NCBI GenBank assembly: GCA_038078215.1
Contig: JBBUED010000003.1
Location: forward strand, 8,099-42,011
Direction of reading: 5' to 3'
Origin: Patescibacteria group bacterium
GTDB lineage: Bacteria > Patescibacteriota > Minisyncoccia > Phycocordibacterales > GWA1-40-21
DNA: 33,913 nt
This document shows positions 1 to 7,434 of this stretch, in pieces. Each line of letters begins with the position of its first letter. Positions within the stretch are counted from its first letter, which is position 1. The position numbers and the translations under genes are program-made. The notes beneath the pieces were generated by a model. The model saw only the letters and a program-made list of their open reading frames with translations. It ran no database searches and was not told the DNA's origin.

Positions 1-25
1 TTTTGTTGTCCTGTTCATAATTAAC

Positions 26-53
26 ATTGTATTACTTAGTATTACTTTGTCAA
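26..53 (-). promoter_or_regulatory. Putative sigma70-type promoter reading off the left edge of the window
   Basis: The minus strand reads TTGACA-N16-TACAAT (plus-strand tgtcaa at 48-53, attgta at 26-31). A minus-strand ATG at 18-16 (MNRTTK...) follows about 7 nt after the -10 and runs out of the window, suggesting a leaderless transcript. Confidence 0.3.
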
Positions 54-140
54 GGCACGCTGAATTATGCTCGCACCCTTAAGACAAAACTGGGTTTAAA
101 AAAATTTTACTTTTTTGATTTTTAGTTTTAATATTGCTTT

Positions 141-671
141 ATGTCCGGACACAATAAGTGGTCAAAAATTAAAAACAGGAAGGCGGTGACGGACGCAAGG
201 AAAAGCAAAATTTTCACGAAAATGGTGCGACTTTTGAGGGTTGAGGCGAAAAAAGCGAAAGGAAATGTTGATTCGCCGGGCTTGAGAACCGCGATTGAAA
301 AGGCGAAATCCGTGAATGTGCCGAATGAAAATATTGAGCGAGCGGTTAAGAAAGCGACGGACGCTTCGTCTGGAGAAATGGAAGCGGTGATTTACGAGGC
401 TTATGGTCCGGGAGGTGTGGCTGTGATAATAGAAGGATTAACCGACAATAGAAACAAAGCGGCGGCGGAAGTGAAATATATTTTATCAAGGCACGGCTCG
501 GCGCTCGCGGCGATAGGAAGCGCGTCGTGGGCATTTGAAAAAACAAGAGAGGGTTGGGTGCCGAAAACAACCACGCCGATATCCGAAGAAGATTTTGGAA
601 AACTGGAAGCGCTCGCGGAAGAACTTGAAGATAATGACGAGGTGCAGGAGGTGTTTACTAATGCCGAATAA
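141..671 (+). CDS. yebC: YebC/PmpR family DNA-binding regulator, shortened form (176 aa)
   Basis: The N-terminus MSGHNKWSKIKNRKAVTDARKSKIFTK and the motifs YEAYGPGGVAVIIEGLTDNRN and DEVQEVFTN are typical of the YebC family. The protein is about 65-70 aa shorter than the usual ~240 aa. Confidence 0.85.
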   Translation: MSGHNKWSKIKNRKAVTDARKSKIFTKMVRLLRVEAKKAKGNVDSPGLRTAIEKAKSVNVPNENIERAVKKATDASSGEMEAVIYEAYGPGGVAVIIEGLTDNRNKAAAEVKYILSRHGSALAAIGSASWAFEKTREGWVPKTTTPISEEDFGKLEALAEELEDNDEVQEVFTNAE

Positions 672-682
672 AGATATAGGAA

Positions 683-793
683 GTAGCTGTTTAGCTTCTT
701 AGCTTTTTAGAAAGGAGAAAAAACATTAAATACAGCTTTTCTATTTTCATAATCTTCCTAAAAAGCTAAGAAGCTACAAGCTAAAAAGCTGTT
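683..793. repeat. AGCT-periodic inverted repeat pair (hairpin-forming) in the yebC-ruvC spacer
   Basis: Left arm gtagctgtttagcttcttagctttttag (683-710); right arm cctaaaaagctaagaagctacaagctaaaaagctg (758-792). Nineteen nt (tagcttcttagctttttag / ctaaaaagctaagaagcta) are perfectly complementary. The same family recurs at 14083-14152, 16681-16883, 17315-17351 and 17799-17856. Confidence 0.7.
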
Positions 794-800
794 AAAAAAT

Positions 801-1283
801 ATGAGAATAATAGCCATAGACCCGGGATATGAAAGAGTCGGCGTTGCCGTGTTGGAAAAGAAAGATGGCAAGCGGGAGGAGGTTTTGTATTCAGATTGCT
901 TAAGAACTTCCCCGAAAATGCGGCACAGCGACAGAGTGGCTTCTATCGGCGGTGAAGTCAAAAAAATCATTGACACCTACAAGCCGGAAAAAATGGCGAT
1001 AGAAAGCCTGTTCTTTTCAACCAATCAAAAAACAGCGATGCTGGTCTCCGAAGCGAGGGGCGCCATAATTTATGAGGGCTCAAAAAATGGTCTGAAAATA
1101 GAAGAATTTACTCCTTTGCAAGTAAAAATAGCCGTTACTGGATACGGCAGAAGCGAGAAAAAGCAGGTTATTTCCATGGTGGAAAAGCTGGTTTCCATAA
1201 ATAAAAAAATTAAACGCGACGACGAATACGACGCCATCGCCGTCGGCCTAACCTGTTTCGCCTGCCAAAATTCAAAACATTAA
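801..1283 (+). CDS. ruvC: Crossover junction endodeoxyribonuclease RuvC
   Basis: MRIIAIDPGYERVGVAVLE (catalytic Asp region), AIESLFF and DEYDAIAVGL acidic motifs; length of 160 aa. Confidence 0.85.
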   Translation: MRIIAIDPGYERVGVAVLEKKDGKREEVLYSDCLRTSPKMRHSDRVASIGGEVKKIIDTYKPEKMAIESLFFSTNQKTAMLVSEARGAIIYEGSKNGLKIEEFTPLQVKIAVTGYGRSEKKQVISMVEKLVSINKKIKRDDEYDAIAVGLTCFACQNSKH

Positions 1284-1286
1284 TTA

Positions 1287-1383
1287 GTTATCAAGTTCAT
1301 AAAGTTTGTAAAGTTCATAAAGCTAGGACGAGAAGACGATCCTGATTCCACCAATTCTTTTTTGACTTTATGGACTTGATAAC
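1287..1383. repeat. ATAAAGTT-type inverted repeat hairpin
   Basis: gttatcaagttcataaagt (1287-1305) is complementary to actttatggacttgataac (1365-1383), 19 nt with 1 mismatch. Related single arms occur at about 3192-3228 and about 16767-16790. Confidence 0.6.
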
Positions 1384-1408
1384 TTTATAAACTTTAGACT
1401 ATTCATAG

Positions 1409-1417
1409 TTATCCACA
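1409..1417 (+). promoter_or_regulatory. Perfect consensus DnaA box TTATCCACA
   Basis: ttatccaca lies in the ruvC-tyrS spacer, embedded in the 15-mer agttatccacaggcg, which recurs at 28964-28978. Confidence 0.35.
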
Positions 1418-1556
1418 GGCGGTATTGATTTCATTTGCAATAAAAAATAGAACTTGATAAATATTATAGGCAAACCTCAAGCCCAAGCCGTTAAAAGGTG
1501 AGGGGGGAATTTAAAAAAATAATTTAATAAAAATTAATTTAATATCATAATTTTTT

Positions 1557-1694
1557 ATGGATGACATTGATCCAAAAGAAGAAGACGGCGAAGAAATGTC
1601 TGAAAATATTGATGAGCTGATTTTGTCAGAAATGGATGATGCGGAAGACGCGGACGAAGAAGGTTTCGGCAGTGGAGCTTTTTCCTCATATTAA
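1557..1694 (+). CDS. Candidate small, highly acidic protein (45 aa)
   Basis: ATG-to-TAA ORF too short for the supplied track: MDDIDPKEEDGEEMSENIDELILSEMDDAEDADEEGFGSGAFSSY. It is GC-richer than its AT-rich flanks and is followed by a hairpin plus T-run at 1718-1746. No SD and no recognised family. Confidence 0.25.
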   Translation: MDDIDPKEEDGEEMSENIDELILSEMDDAEDADEEGFGSGAFSSY

Positions 1695-1717
1695 TTCTGA
1701 AATATTTTTTCACGCAA

Positions 1718-1746
1718 TAAAAACTCCCGAATCGGAAGTTTTTTGT
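1718..1746. terminator. Possible bidirectional intrinsic terminator
   Basis: aaaaactcccgaatcggaagtttttt: a short GC stem (cuuccg/cgggag with one G-U) flanked by an A-run and a T-run. It lies between the convergent small ORF (+) and tyrS (-). Confidence 0.4.
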
Positions 1747-1749
1747 TAT

Positions 1750-3168
1750 TTATTCCTCAACCACAATCTTCAAGAACCTTCTTTTGCCAACTTTAATTGG
1801 CATATTGCCATCAACGGAAAAATCAAAAGAGCCAATCTTATCACCGGTTTCCGCGTTGCTTACGGCGCCTTCGGAAACCAACCTTCTCCATTCCGCGTTG
1901 GATTTTACGACTTTATTATCAAGAAGAATTTTGCCCAAATTAGTTCCCTTAGGAACGGCTATTTCTTCCAAGCCTTCCGGAATTCCGCCTTTTTGAAAAG
2001 TCCCAATGAAATTTCGCTCCGCTTGTTCGGCTTTGTCTTCGCCATGATAAATCACGACAATTTCTCGCGCCAGCCTCATCTTAATGTCTTTCGGATTTGT
2101 CTTGTCTTTCTTGAGGTCATTTTCTATTTTCTTTATTTCTTCCTGCGGAGCGTAAGTGCAAAGATTGAAATAATTCACAATAGATGTGTCCGGCAAAGAC
2201 ATTATTTTTCCGTACATATCGTTCGGCGCGTCCGTGATGGCGATGTAATTATCCAGACTCTTGCTCATCTTTTCTTTTCCATCCGTCCCCTCCAAAAGTT
2301 TCAAGGACATAACCGCCTGCTGTTCTTTTTTGTTGAGCTTCATAATGTCTCTGCCTATGAGCATATTGAAGGTCTGGTCGGTGCCGCCGATTTCCAAATC
2401 ACAGTTTCCATAAATTTCAGAAAGTACGAAAGAATCTATGCCTTGAAGAACAGGGTAGAGCATTTCGTGCATAAATAATTCTTTTCCGCTCTTTATCCTT
2501 TCTTGAAACATATCCCTTTCAATTAATCGTGAGTGGGTTATGTGTTTAAGCGTCCACAAAAGGCTTTTAAGAGTGATGACCGATATCGCGCCTCTGAAAC
2601 CGGTGATTGTCGGCTGCATCCTTGTTTTTTCAAAAACTACGGCTTTACCGACAAAAGAGTTTGCGTCAAAATCTATGTCCGTTTTCTTCCCTTCTTTCTC
2701 AATAGACATTTTTACCTTGTCTCCTTTCGGAAGCTCAATGTCAGTTATCGCCGTAAACCAGTCTGAATTTCTTATCCAAGAAAAAGAATTTTTATCAGTC
2801 AATAAAATTTTACCGACTTGATCCAGATATGTTTTCATATTAGCCTCAACTTCTTTCTGTTCTATTTCCGGTCTGATTTTGCTTCTTCCTGTCGGGTCGC
2901 CTATTTGCGCGGTGTAATCGCCAACGAGGAAAACGACCTTGCATCCAAGGTCTTGGAATTTTCTAAGCTTACGAAAAATAACGGCGTGCCCAAGGTGAAT
3001 GTCCGGCCTTGTCGGGTCAACACCGAATTTGATTATAATATCTTCTTCGTATTCCCCTTTCGCCTTTCTTAAGATTTTTTCCTTGAATTTGCCTTCTGGG
3101 TCAATAAACTCCTCCACCCCGCGGGAAAACAATTCGTCAATTTCGCTGTTTTTTATGTCTGAACTCAT
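1750..3168 (-). CDS. tyrS: Tyrosine--tRNA ligase with C-terminal S4-like domain
   Basis: HIGH motif (PDIHLGHAV), KMSKS motif (EKMSKSLDNY), GGTDQTFN, and a C-terminal S4-like segment (KSNAEWRRLVSEGAV). Confidence 0.9.
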   Translation of the reverse strand: MSSDIKNSEIDELFSRGVEEFIDPEGKFKEKILRKAKGEYEEDIIIKFGVDPTRPDIHLGHAVIFRKLRKFQDLGCKVVFLVGDYTAQIGDPTGRSKIRPEIEQKEVEANMKTYLDQVGKILLTDKNSFSWIRNSDWFTAITDIELPKGDKVKMSIEKEGKKTDIDFDANSFVGKAVVFEKTRMQPTITGFRGAISVITLKSLLWTLKHITHSRLIERDMFQERIKSGKELFMHEMLYPVLQGIDSFVLSEIYGNCDLEIGGTDQTFNMLIGRDIMKLNKKEQQAVMSLKLLEGTDGKEKMSKSLDNYIAITDAPNDMYGKIMSLPDTSIVNYFNLCTYAPQEEIKKIENDLKKDKTNPKDIKMRLAREIVVIYHGEDKAEQAERNFIGTFQKGGIPEGLEEIAVPKGTNLGKILLDNKVVKSNAEWRRLVSEGAVSNAETGDKIGSFDFSVDGNMPIKVGKRRFLKIVVEE

Positions 3169-3284
3169 TTGAACAATTTAGCACAAATGAATGAGTTTAT
3201 AAAGTTATCAAGTTTATAACTTCGTAACTGGTGTGTGTGGCGCGCATTATCACTCATTTACTTTTCCGCTTTTTGCATTATGCT

Positions 3285-5828
3285 ATGATGTTTAAGAACG
3301 CAATGCGTAAAAAGAGGCATTTAAAATTTTGGAGAAAGTTTATTAAAAATGCGGTAATAATAGCAACCGCCTTGTTTTTGTTCGCTGTGAGCGCCCTTGT
3401 CTACTGGGTGTCCACATTTCAAATCCCCGACCTCGGCTCGTTTGAGAAAAGGAAGGTCATACAGTCAACAAAAATTTACGACAGAACCGGCAAAATACTT
3501 CTTTACGACCTGCATCAGGACATAAAAAGAACAGTCGTTCCCATTGAAGAAATTTCCAGGAACATCAAAAATGCGACGGTGGCGATTGAGGATGAGGAAT
3601 TTTATCAACATAAAGGAATAAAGATTACTTCCATAATAAGAGCGGTCTTGGCCAACCTCACCAAAGGAAGCTACAGCCAAGGGGGATCCACAATCACCCA
3701 ACAAGTGGTGAAAAACTCGCTTCTGAACTCTGAAAAGAAAATTTCCAGAAAGTTAAAAGAATGGTTCCTTGCCTTAAAATTGGAAAAAATGATGAGCAAA
3801 GATGAAATTCTCGGAATTTATCTGAATGAAGCGCCTTACGGAGGTTATATATACGGCATAGAAGAGGCTAGCCAGGCTTACTTCGGCAAAAATGCTTCGG
3901 ACTTAACGATCGCCGAATCAGCGCATTTGGCGGCGCTCCCGAACGCGCCGACTTATTATTCTCCTTATGGTCCGAACGCGAAAAAACTGATAGACAGGAA
4001 AAATTTGGTTTTAAAAAAAATGCTTGACAAAAACTTCATCTCAAAAGATGAATATGATTTGGCAATGAAAGATGTCGTTTCTTTTTATCCGCAAGATAGA
4101 TTAGGCATTAAAGCTCCTCACTTTGTCGCCTATACAATAAAATATCTGGAAAATAAATATGGCAAAAAAACGGTTGAAGAAGGCGGTTTGAAAGTGACAA
4201 CAACGTTGGATTACGGCCTGCAGCAGAAAGCCGAAGAAATCGTTAAAAAATTCTCACTGGAGAACAAACAGAAATTCAATGCTGGGAACGCGGCGCTTGC
4301 GGCCATTGACCCGAAAACCGGACAGATATTGGTTATGGTCGGATCAAGGGATTATTTTGACAAAGAGATTGACGGAAACTTCAATGTCACCACCGCGCAC
4401 AGACAGCCGGGGTCAGCTTTCAAACCTTTTGTCTACGCGGCCTCTTTTAATAAAGGATTCACGCCGGAGACGGTATTGTTTGATTTGCCTACGGAATTTC
4501 AAGCGGGTTGCGACCCTAAAGGAACGCCCACAACAACACCGGTAGCCGAAACAAAAGATTGTTATATGCCGCAAAATTACGATAATCTTTTTGTCGGACC
4601 TATAACACTAAGAAACGCTTTGGCGCAATCAAGAAACGTTCCGTCCGTCAAACTGCTCTATCTTACCGGAATAAAAGATTCTTTGCGGTTGGCGAAAGAT
4701 ATGGGGATAGAAGATTTGGGCGGCGCCAACCAATACGGATTGTCGCTTGTTTTGGGGGGCGGGGAGGTCTCTCTGCTTGATATAACGAATGCGTACGGAG
4801 TATTCGCAAACAACGGGGTAAGAAACCCTAAAACGGGCATTATTGAAGTAAATGACAAAGACGGTAAAATTCTTGAAAAATTTGAGCTTAAAAATACCGA
4901 GGCGATGCCGGAAGAAACGGCTTTAAAAATTTCCGACATCTTATCTGACAATGCGGCTAGAACGCCTCTCTACGGAAACAGGTCGCTTTTGTATTTTGAA
5001 AACAGAGATGTGGCGGTAAAAACGGGAACGACGAATGATTATAGGGATGCTTGGACGGTCGGCTACTCGCCTAATATCGCGGTGGGAGCGTGGGTCGGTA
5101 ACAACGACAACAGTCCTATGGAAAAAAAGGTTGCCGGACTTATCGTAACGCCGATGTGGCGCGCTTTTATGGATGAGGTGTTGGCGACGTTGCCGAAAGA
5201 AAAATTTAAAAGGCCGGCGCAAACAGTCGCGAGTGATTTAAAACCTGTATTTAGGGGAATATGGAAAGGCGGTGAATCCTATTTTACGGACAAAATATCG
5301 GGGAAACTGGCGACAAACGAAACGCCGAAAGAAATGCTTAAGGAAAACACGATAACCAACACTCATTCCATTTTATACTGGGTTGATAAAACAGACATAC
5401 TGAACAAAAACAAACCTTTAAATCCGGAAAGCGACCCCCAGTTTATAAACTGGGAATATCCGATACAGGAATGGCTTAAAGGTCAAAATTTACCGAAAGA
5501 TACCGCCAAGCCGGCGGAGTTTGACGATGTCCACACTGGGAAAAACAAGCCTAAAATAAAAATTATAGAACCGTCTCCAGACAAAGAATACGGCAAGGAC
5601 GAAAGAGTTATTGTTAAAATAACAAGTTCTGGGAATTATCCTTTATTAAAAACCGAATATATTATAAATGGAGAATATATAGGATCATCAACCAAATCTC
5701 CGTTTGAATTCGTCTTGACGCCGGATGACATTAAAAATATCAAAAAAAACAATGAGCTCCGGGTCGTCGGTTACGATACCGTATTAAACAAAAATGAAGA
5801 CACGGTTAATTTTAAAATTAAAATATAA
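3285..5828 (+). CDS. Class A penicillin-binding protein (bifunctional glycosyltransferase/transpeptidase) with a C-terminal beta-rich extension
   Basis: GT51 motifs EDEEFYQHKGI, GGSTITQQ and RKLKEWFLALKLE; transpeptidase motifs SAFKP (SxxK), SRN and KTGTT; N-terminal TM helix. The track ORF starts at GTG 3231; ATG 3285 (MMFKNAMRKKRH...) is preferred but uncertain. Confidence 0.9.
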   Translation: MMFKNAMRKKRHLKFWRKFIKNAVIIATALFLFAVSALVYWVSTFQIPDLGSFEKRKVIQSTKIYDRTGKILLYDLHQDIKRTVVPIEEISRNIKNATVAIEDEEFYQHKGIKITSIIRAVLANLTKGSYSQGGSTITQQVVKNSLLNSEKKISRKLKEWFLALKLEKMMSKDEILGIYLNEAPYGGYIYGIEEASQAYFGKNASDLTIAESAHLAALPNAPTYYSPYGPNAKKLIDRKNLVLKKMLDKNFISKDEYDLAMKDVVSFYPQDRLGIKAPHFVAYTIKYLENKYGKKTVEEGGLKVTTTLDYGLQQKAEEIVKKFSLENKQKFNAGNAALAAIDPKTGQILVMVGSRDYFDKEIDGNFNVTTAHRQPGSAFKPFVYAASFNKGFTPETVLFDLPTEFQAGCDPKGTPTTTPVAETKDCYMPQNYDNLFVGPITLRNALAQSRNVPSVKLLYLTGIKDSLRLAKDMGIEDLGGANQYGLSLVLGGGEVSLLDITNAYGVFANNGVRNPKTGIIEVNDKDGKILEKFELKNTEAMPEETALKISDILSDNAARTPLYGNRSLLYFENRDVAVKTGTTNDYRDAWTVGYSPNIAVGAWVGNNDNSPMEKKVAGLIVTPMWRAFMDEVLATLPKEKFKRPAQTVASDLKPVFRGIWKGGESYFTDKISGKLATNETPKEMLKENTITNTHSILYWVDKTDILNKNKPLNPESDPQFINWEYPIQEWLKGQNLPKDTAKPAEFDDVHTGKNKPKIKIIEPSPDKEYGKDERVIVKITSSGNYPLLKTEYIINGEYIGSSTKSPFEFVLTPDDIKNIKKNNELRVVGYDTVLNKNEDTVNFKIKI

Positions 5829-5842
5829 AACTTTTTATAGCC

Positions 5843-6094
5843 TTAAAAAATACCCTTAACGGCAATATTTTTTGCGTTCAGTTCTTTTATAATACCGACT
5901 TTGTTTATAAACACCTCATTTCTAACAACAGGATTGACTTTTAAATAAATTACTCCGTTTTTTATTTCCACATCCTTTTTGTTGATATTAATTTTTAAAA
6001 TATTACCAACAGAATCAGTGATGATATTTTTCAAAACGGAGTTTTTTGACTCAATATTTTTAAATTTATCCAGATATATTGATATGTTGAACAT
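5843..6094 (-). CDS. Small DUF721/DciA-like protein (83 aa), tentative
   Basis: Starts 4 nt after the dnaN stop, in the same operon. The pattern NGVIYLKVNPVVRNEVFINKVGIIKELN resembles the DUF721 core (G-L-x-V-x-V ... EL ... I ... LN), and proximity to dnaN is typical for that family. Confidence 0.4.
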   Translation of the reverse strand: MFNISIYLDKFKNIESKNSVLKNIITDSVGNILKININKKDVEIKNGVIYLKVNPVVRNEVFINKVGIIKELNAKNIAVKGIF

Positions 6095-6098
6095 GAGG

Positions 6099-7199
6099 CT
6101 ATTTATTCATCGGCATAACTATATAAGTAAAAGACTTGTCTGAAACGCCGCGGATTGTCATTGGTTTGGAAATACCATTAAAAGACAAAGAAATGCTGTC
6201 AGAATCAATAGACTGCAAGCAGTCTATGATGTATTTATAATTAAAATTAACGCTTATGTCTTCGCCGGACAAACTGGCGGGAACAGTGTTGATATTTTCG
6301 CCGATATTGGAATTTTTGGTTGTAATCTCAAAAACTTTTTTTGAGGGGAATACTTTAACGTTAACTTGATTGAATTTATCCGAAAAAATATTTGATATTT
6401 TTAATACGGACAACAAATCTTGCTTTAAAACAATCGCTTCTGTTTTGGTTTCGTTTGGAATAATTTGTTTATAATCGGGGAAAACTCCGTCAATCAATCT
6501 GGATACGATGTAATTTTCATTATTAGAAAAAGAAATTTGGTTTTTAGACAAACACACATCAACATCGCCGTTAATTTCTTCAAAAATCCTTGTTATTTCG
6601 GGTATGTTTTTAAGCGGTATTAGAATATTAAAAGAATTATTATCTTTTTCTATTTTTATCCTTTTTTCAGCCAAACGAAAAGAGTCGGTCGCGACAAAAA
6701 TCAAATCATTGTCAATTGTGTAAACATAAACACTTGATAATTCAGGTTTAACACTGGAAAGCGACGAACTAAACCAAACAGCTTTGAAACCTTTGATTAG
6801 TTTTTTTGAATCCAAACCAAAAGATATTCCATCGGAAACCTTTGGTATAGTCGGAAAATCATCAAATGGATGTGATTTTATCAAAGTCTTGCTATGTTCT
6901 GTTCTTATTTGAAGGTTACCGTCAATACTCTCAAGAACAACATTTTTGTCACTTTGAATGTTTGAAATTAAATTATTAATAACAGAACCCGGAACAGCCA
7001 CAATTCCTTCTTTTATTGTTTTTATAGGTATGGTTGATTCTATCCCAAGATCAGTGTTGGTAGCCTTCACTTTTAAAGTGTTGTTTTTAACCTCCAATAA
7101 CAAACAAGATAGTATAGGAAGAGTTAAATTTTTACCGGTAACTTTTTCTGTTCTGGAAATTATTTGTTGTAACTTATCTTTGGTACACTCTGCTTTCAT
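6099..7199 (-). CDS. dnaN: DNA polymerase III beta sliding clamp
   Basis: 366 aa, immediately downstream of dnaA. The N-terminus (...LTLPILSCLLLEV) and C-terminus (FTYIVMPMN) are typical of beta clamps. Confidence 0.9.
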   Translation of the reverse strand: MKAECTKDKLQQIISRTEKVTGKNLTLPILSCLLLEVKNNTLKVKATNTDLGIESTIPIKTIKEGIVAVPGSVINNLISNIQSDKNVVLESIDGNLQIRTEHSKTLIKSHPFDDFPTIPKVSDGISFGLDSKKLIKGFKAVWFSSSLSSVKPELSSVYVYTIDNDLIFVATDSFRLAEKRIKIEKDNNSFNILIPLKNIPEITRIFEEINGDVDVCLSKNQISFSNNENYIVSRLIDGVFPDYKQIIPNETKTEAIVLKQDLLSVLKISNIFSDKFNQVNVKVFPSKKVFEITTKNSNIGENINTVPASLSGEDISVNFNYKYIIDCLQSIDSDSISLSFNGISKPMTIRGVSDKSFTYIVMPMNK

Positions 7200-7434
7200 A
7201 TAATTGTATTTTAATATATATAAATATTATTACTACTATTAACTATGTTGATATGTGTATAAAGTAAAAAACCTTTTATAAATAAGGTTTTTTATCATTA
7301 ATTTTTTATTTAAATTGTGTATAAAAAATAATAATTTTTATTATTTTTTTAAACTCCTCTTTTGTTTTTATTTTATACACATATAATAAACAGTTAATAA
7401 TGTCGTTTTCAATATAATATAAACATATTTTTTA
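7200..7434. other. Candidate oriC segment (dnaA-dnaN spacer) with DnaA-box variants and an AT-rich unwinding region
   Basis: Three copies of TTATACACA (1 mismatch to TTATCCACA) at 7254-7262 (-), 7316-7324 (-) and 7373-7381 (+). The spacer is extremely AT-rich (tatatataaatattattactactattaac). A hairpin, aaaaacctt-ttataaat-aaggttttt, lies at about 7266-7292. Confidence 0.55.

Noticed and set aside
1636-2478. 280-aa plus-strand ORF
   Set aside because: It is entirely antisense to tyrS, which has unambiguous HIGH/KMSKS motifs. Its translation is low-complexity and Phe/Ile/Asn-rich, typical of a shadow ORF.
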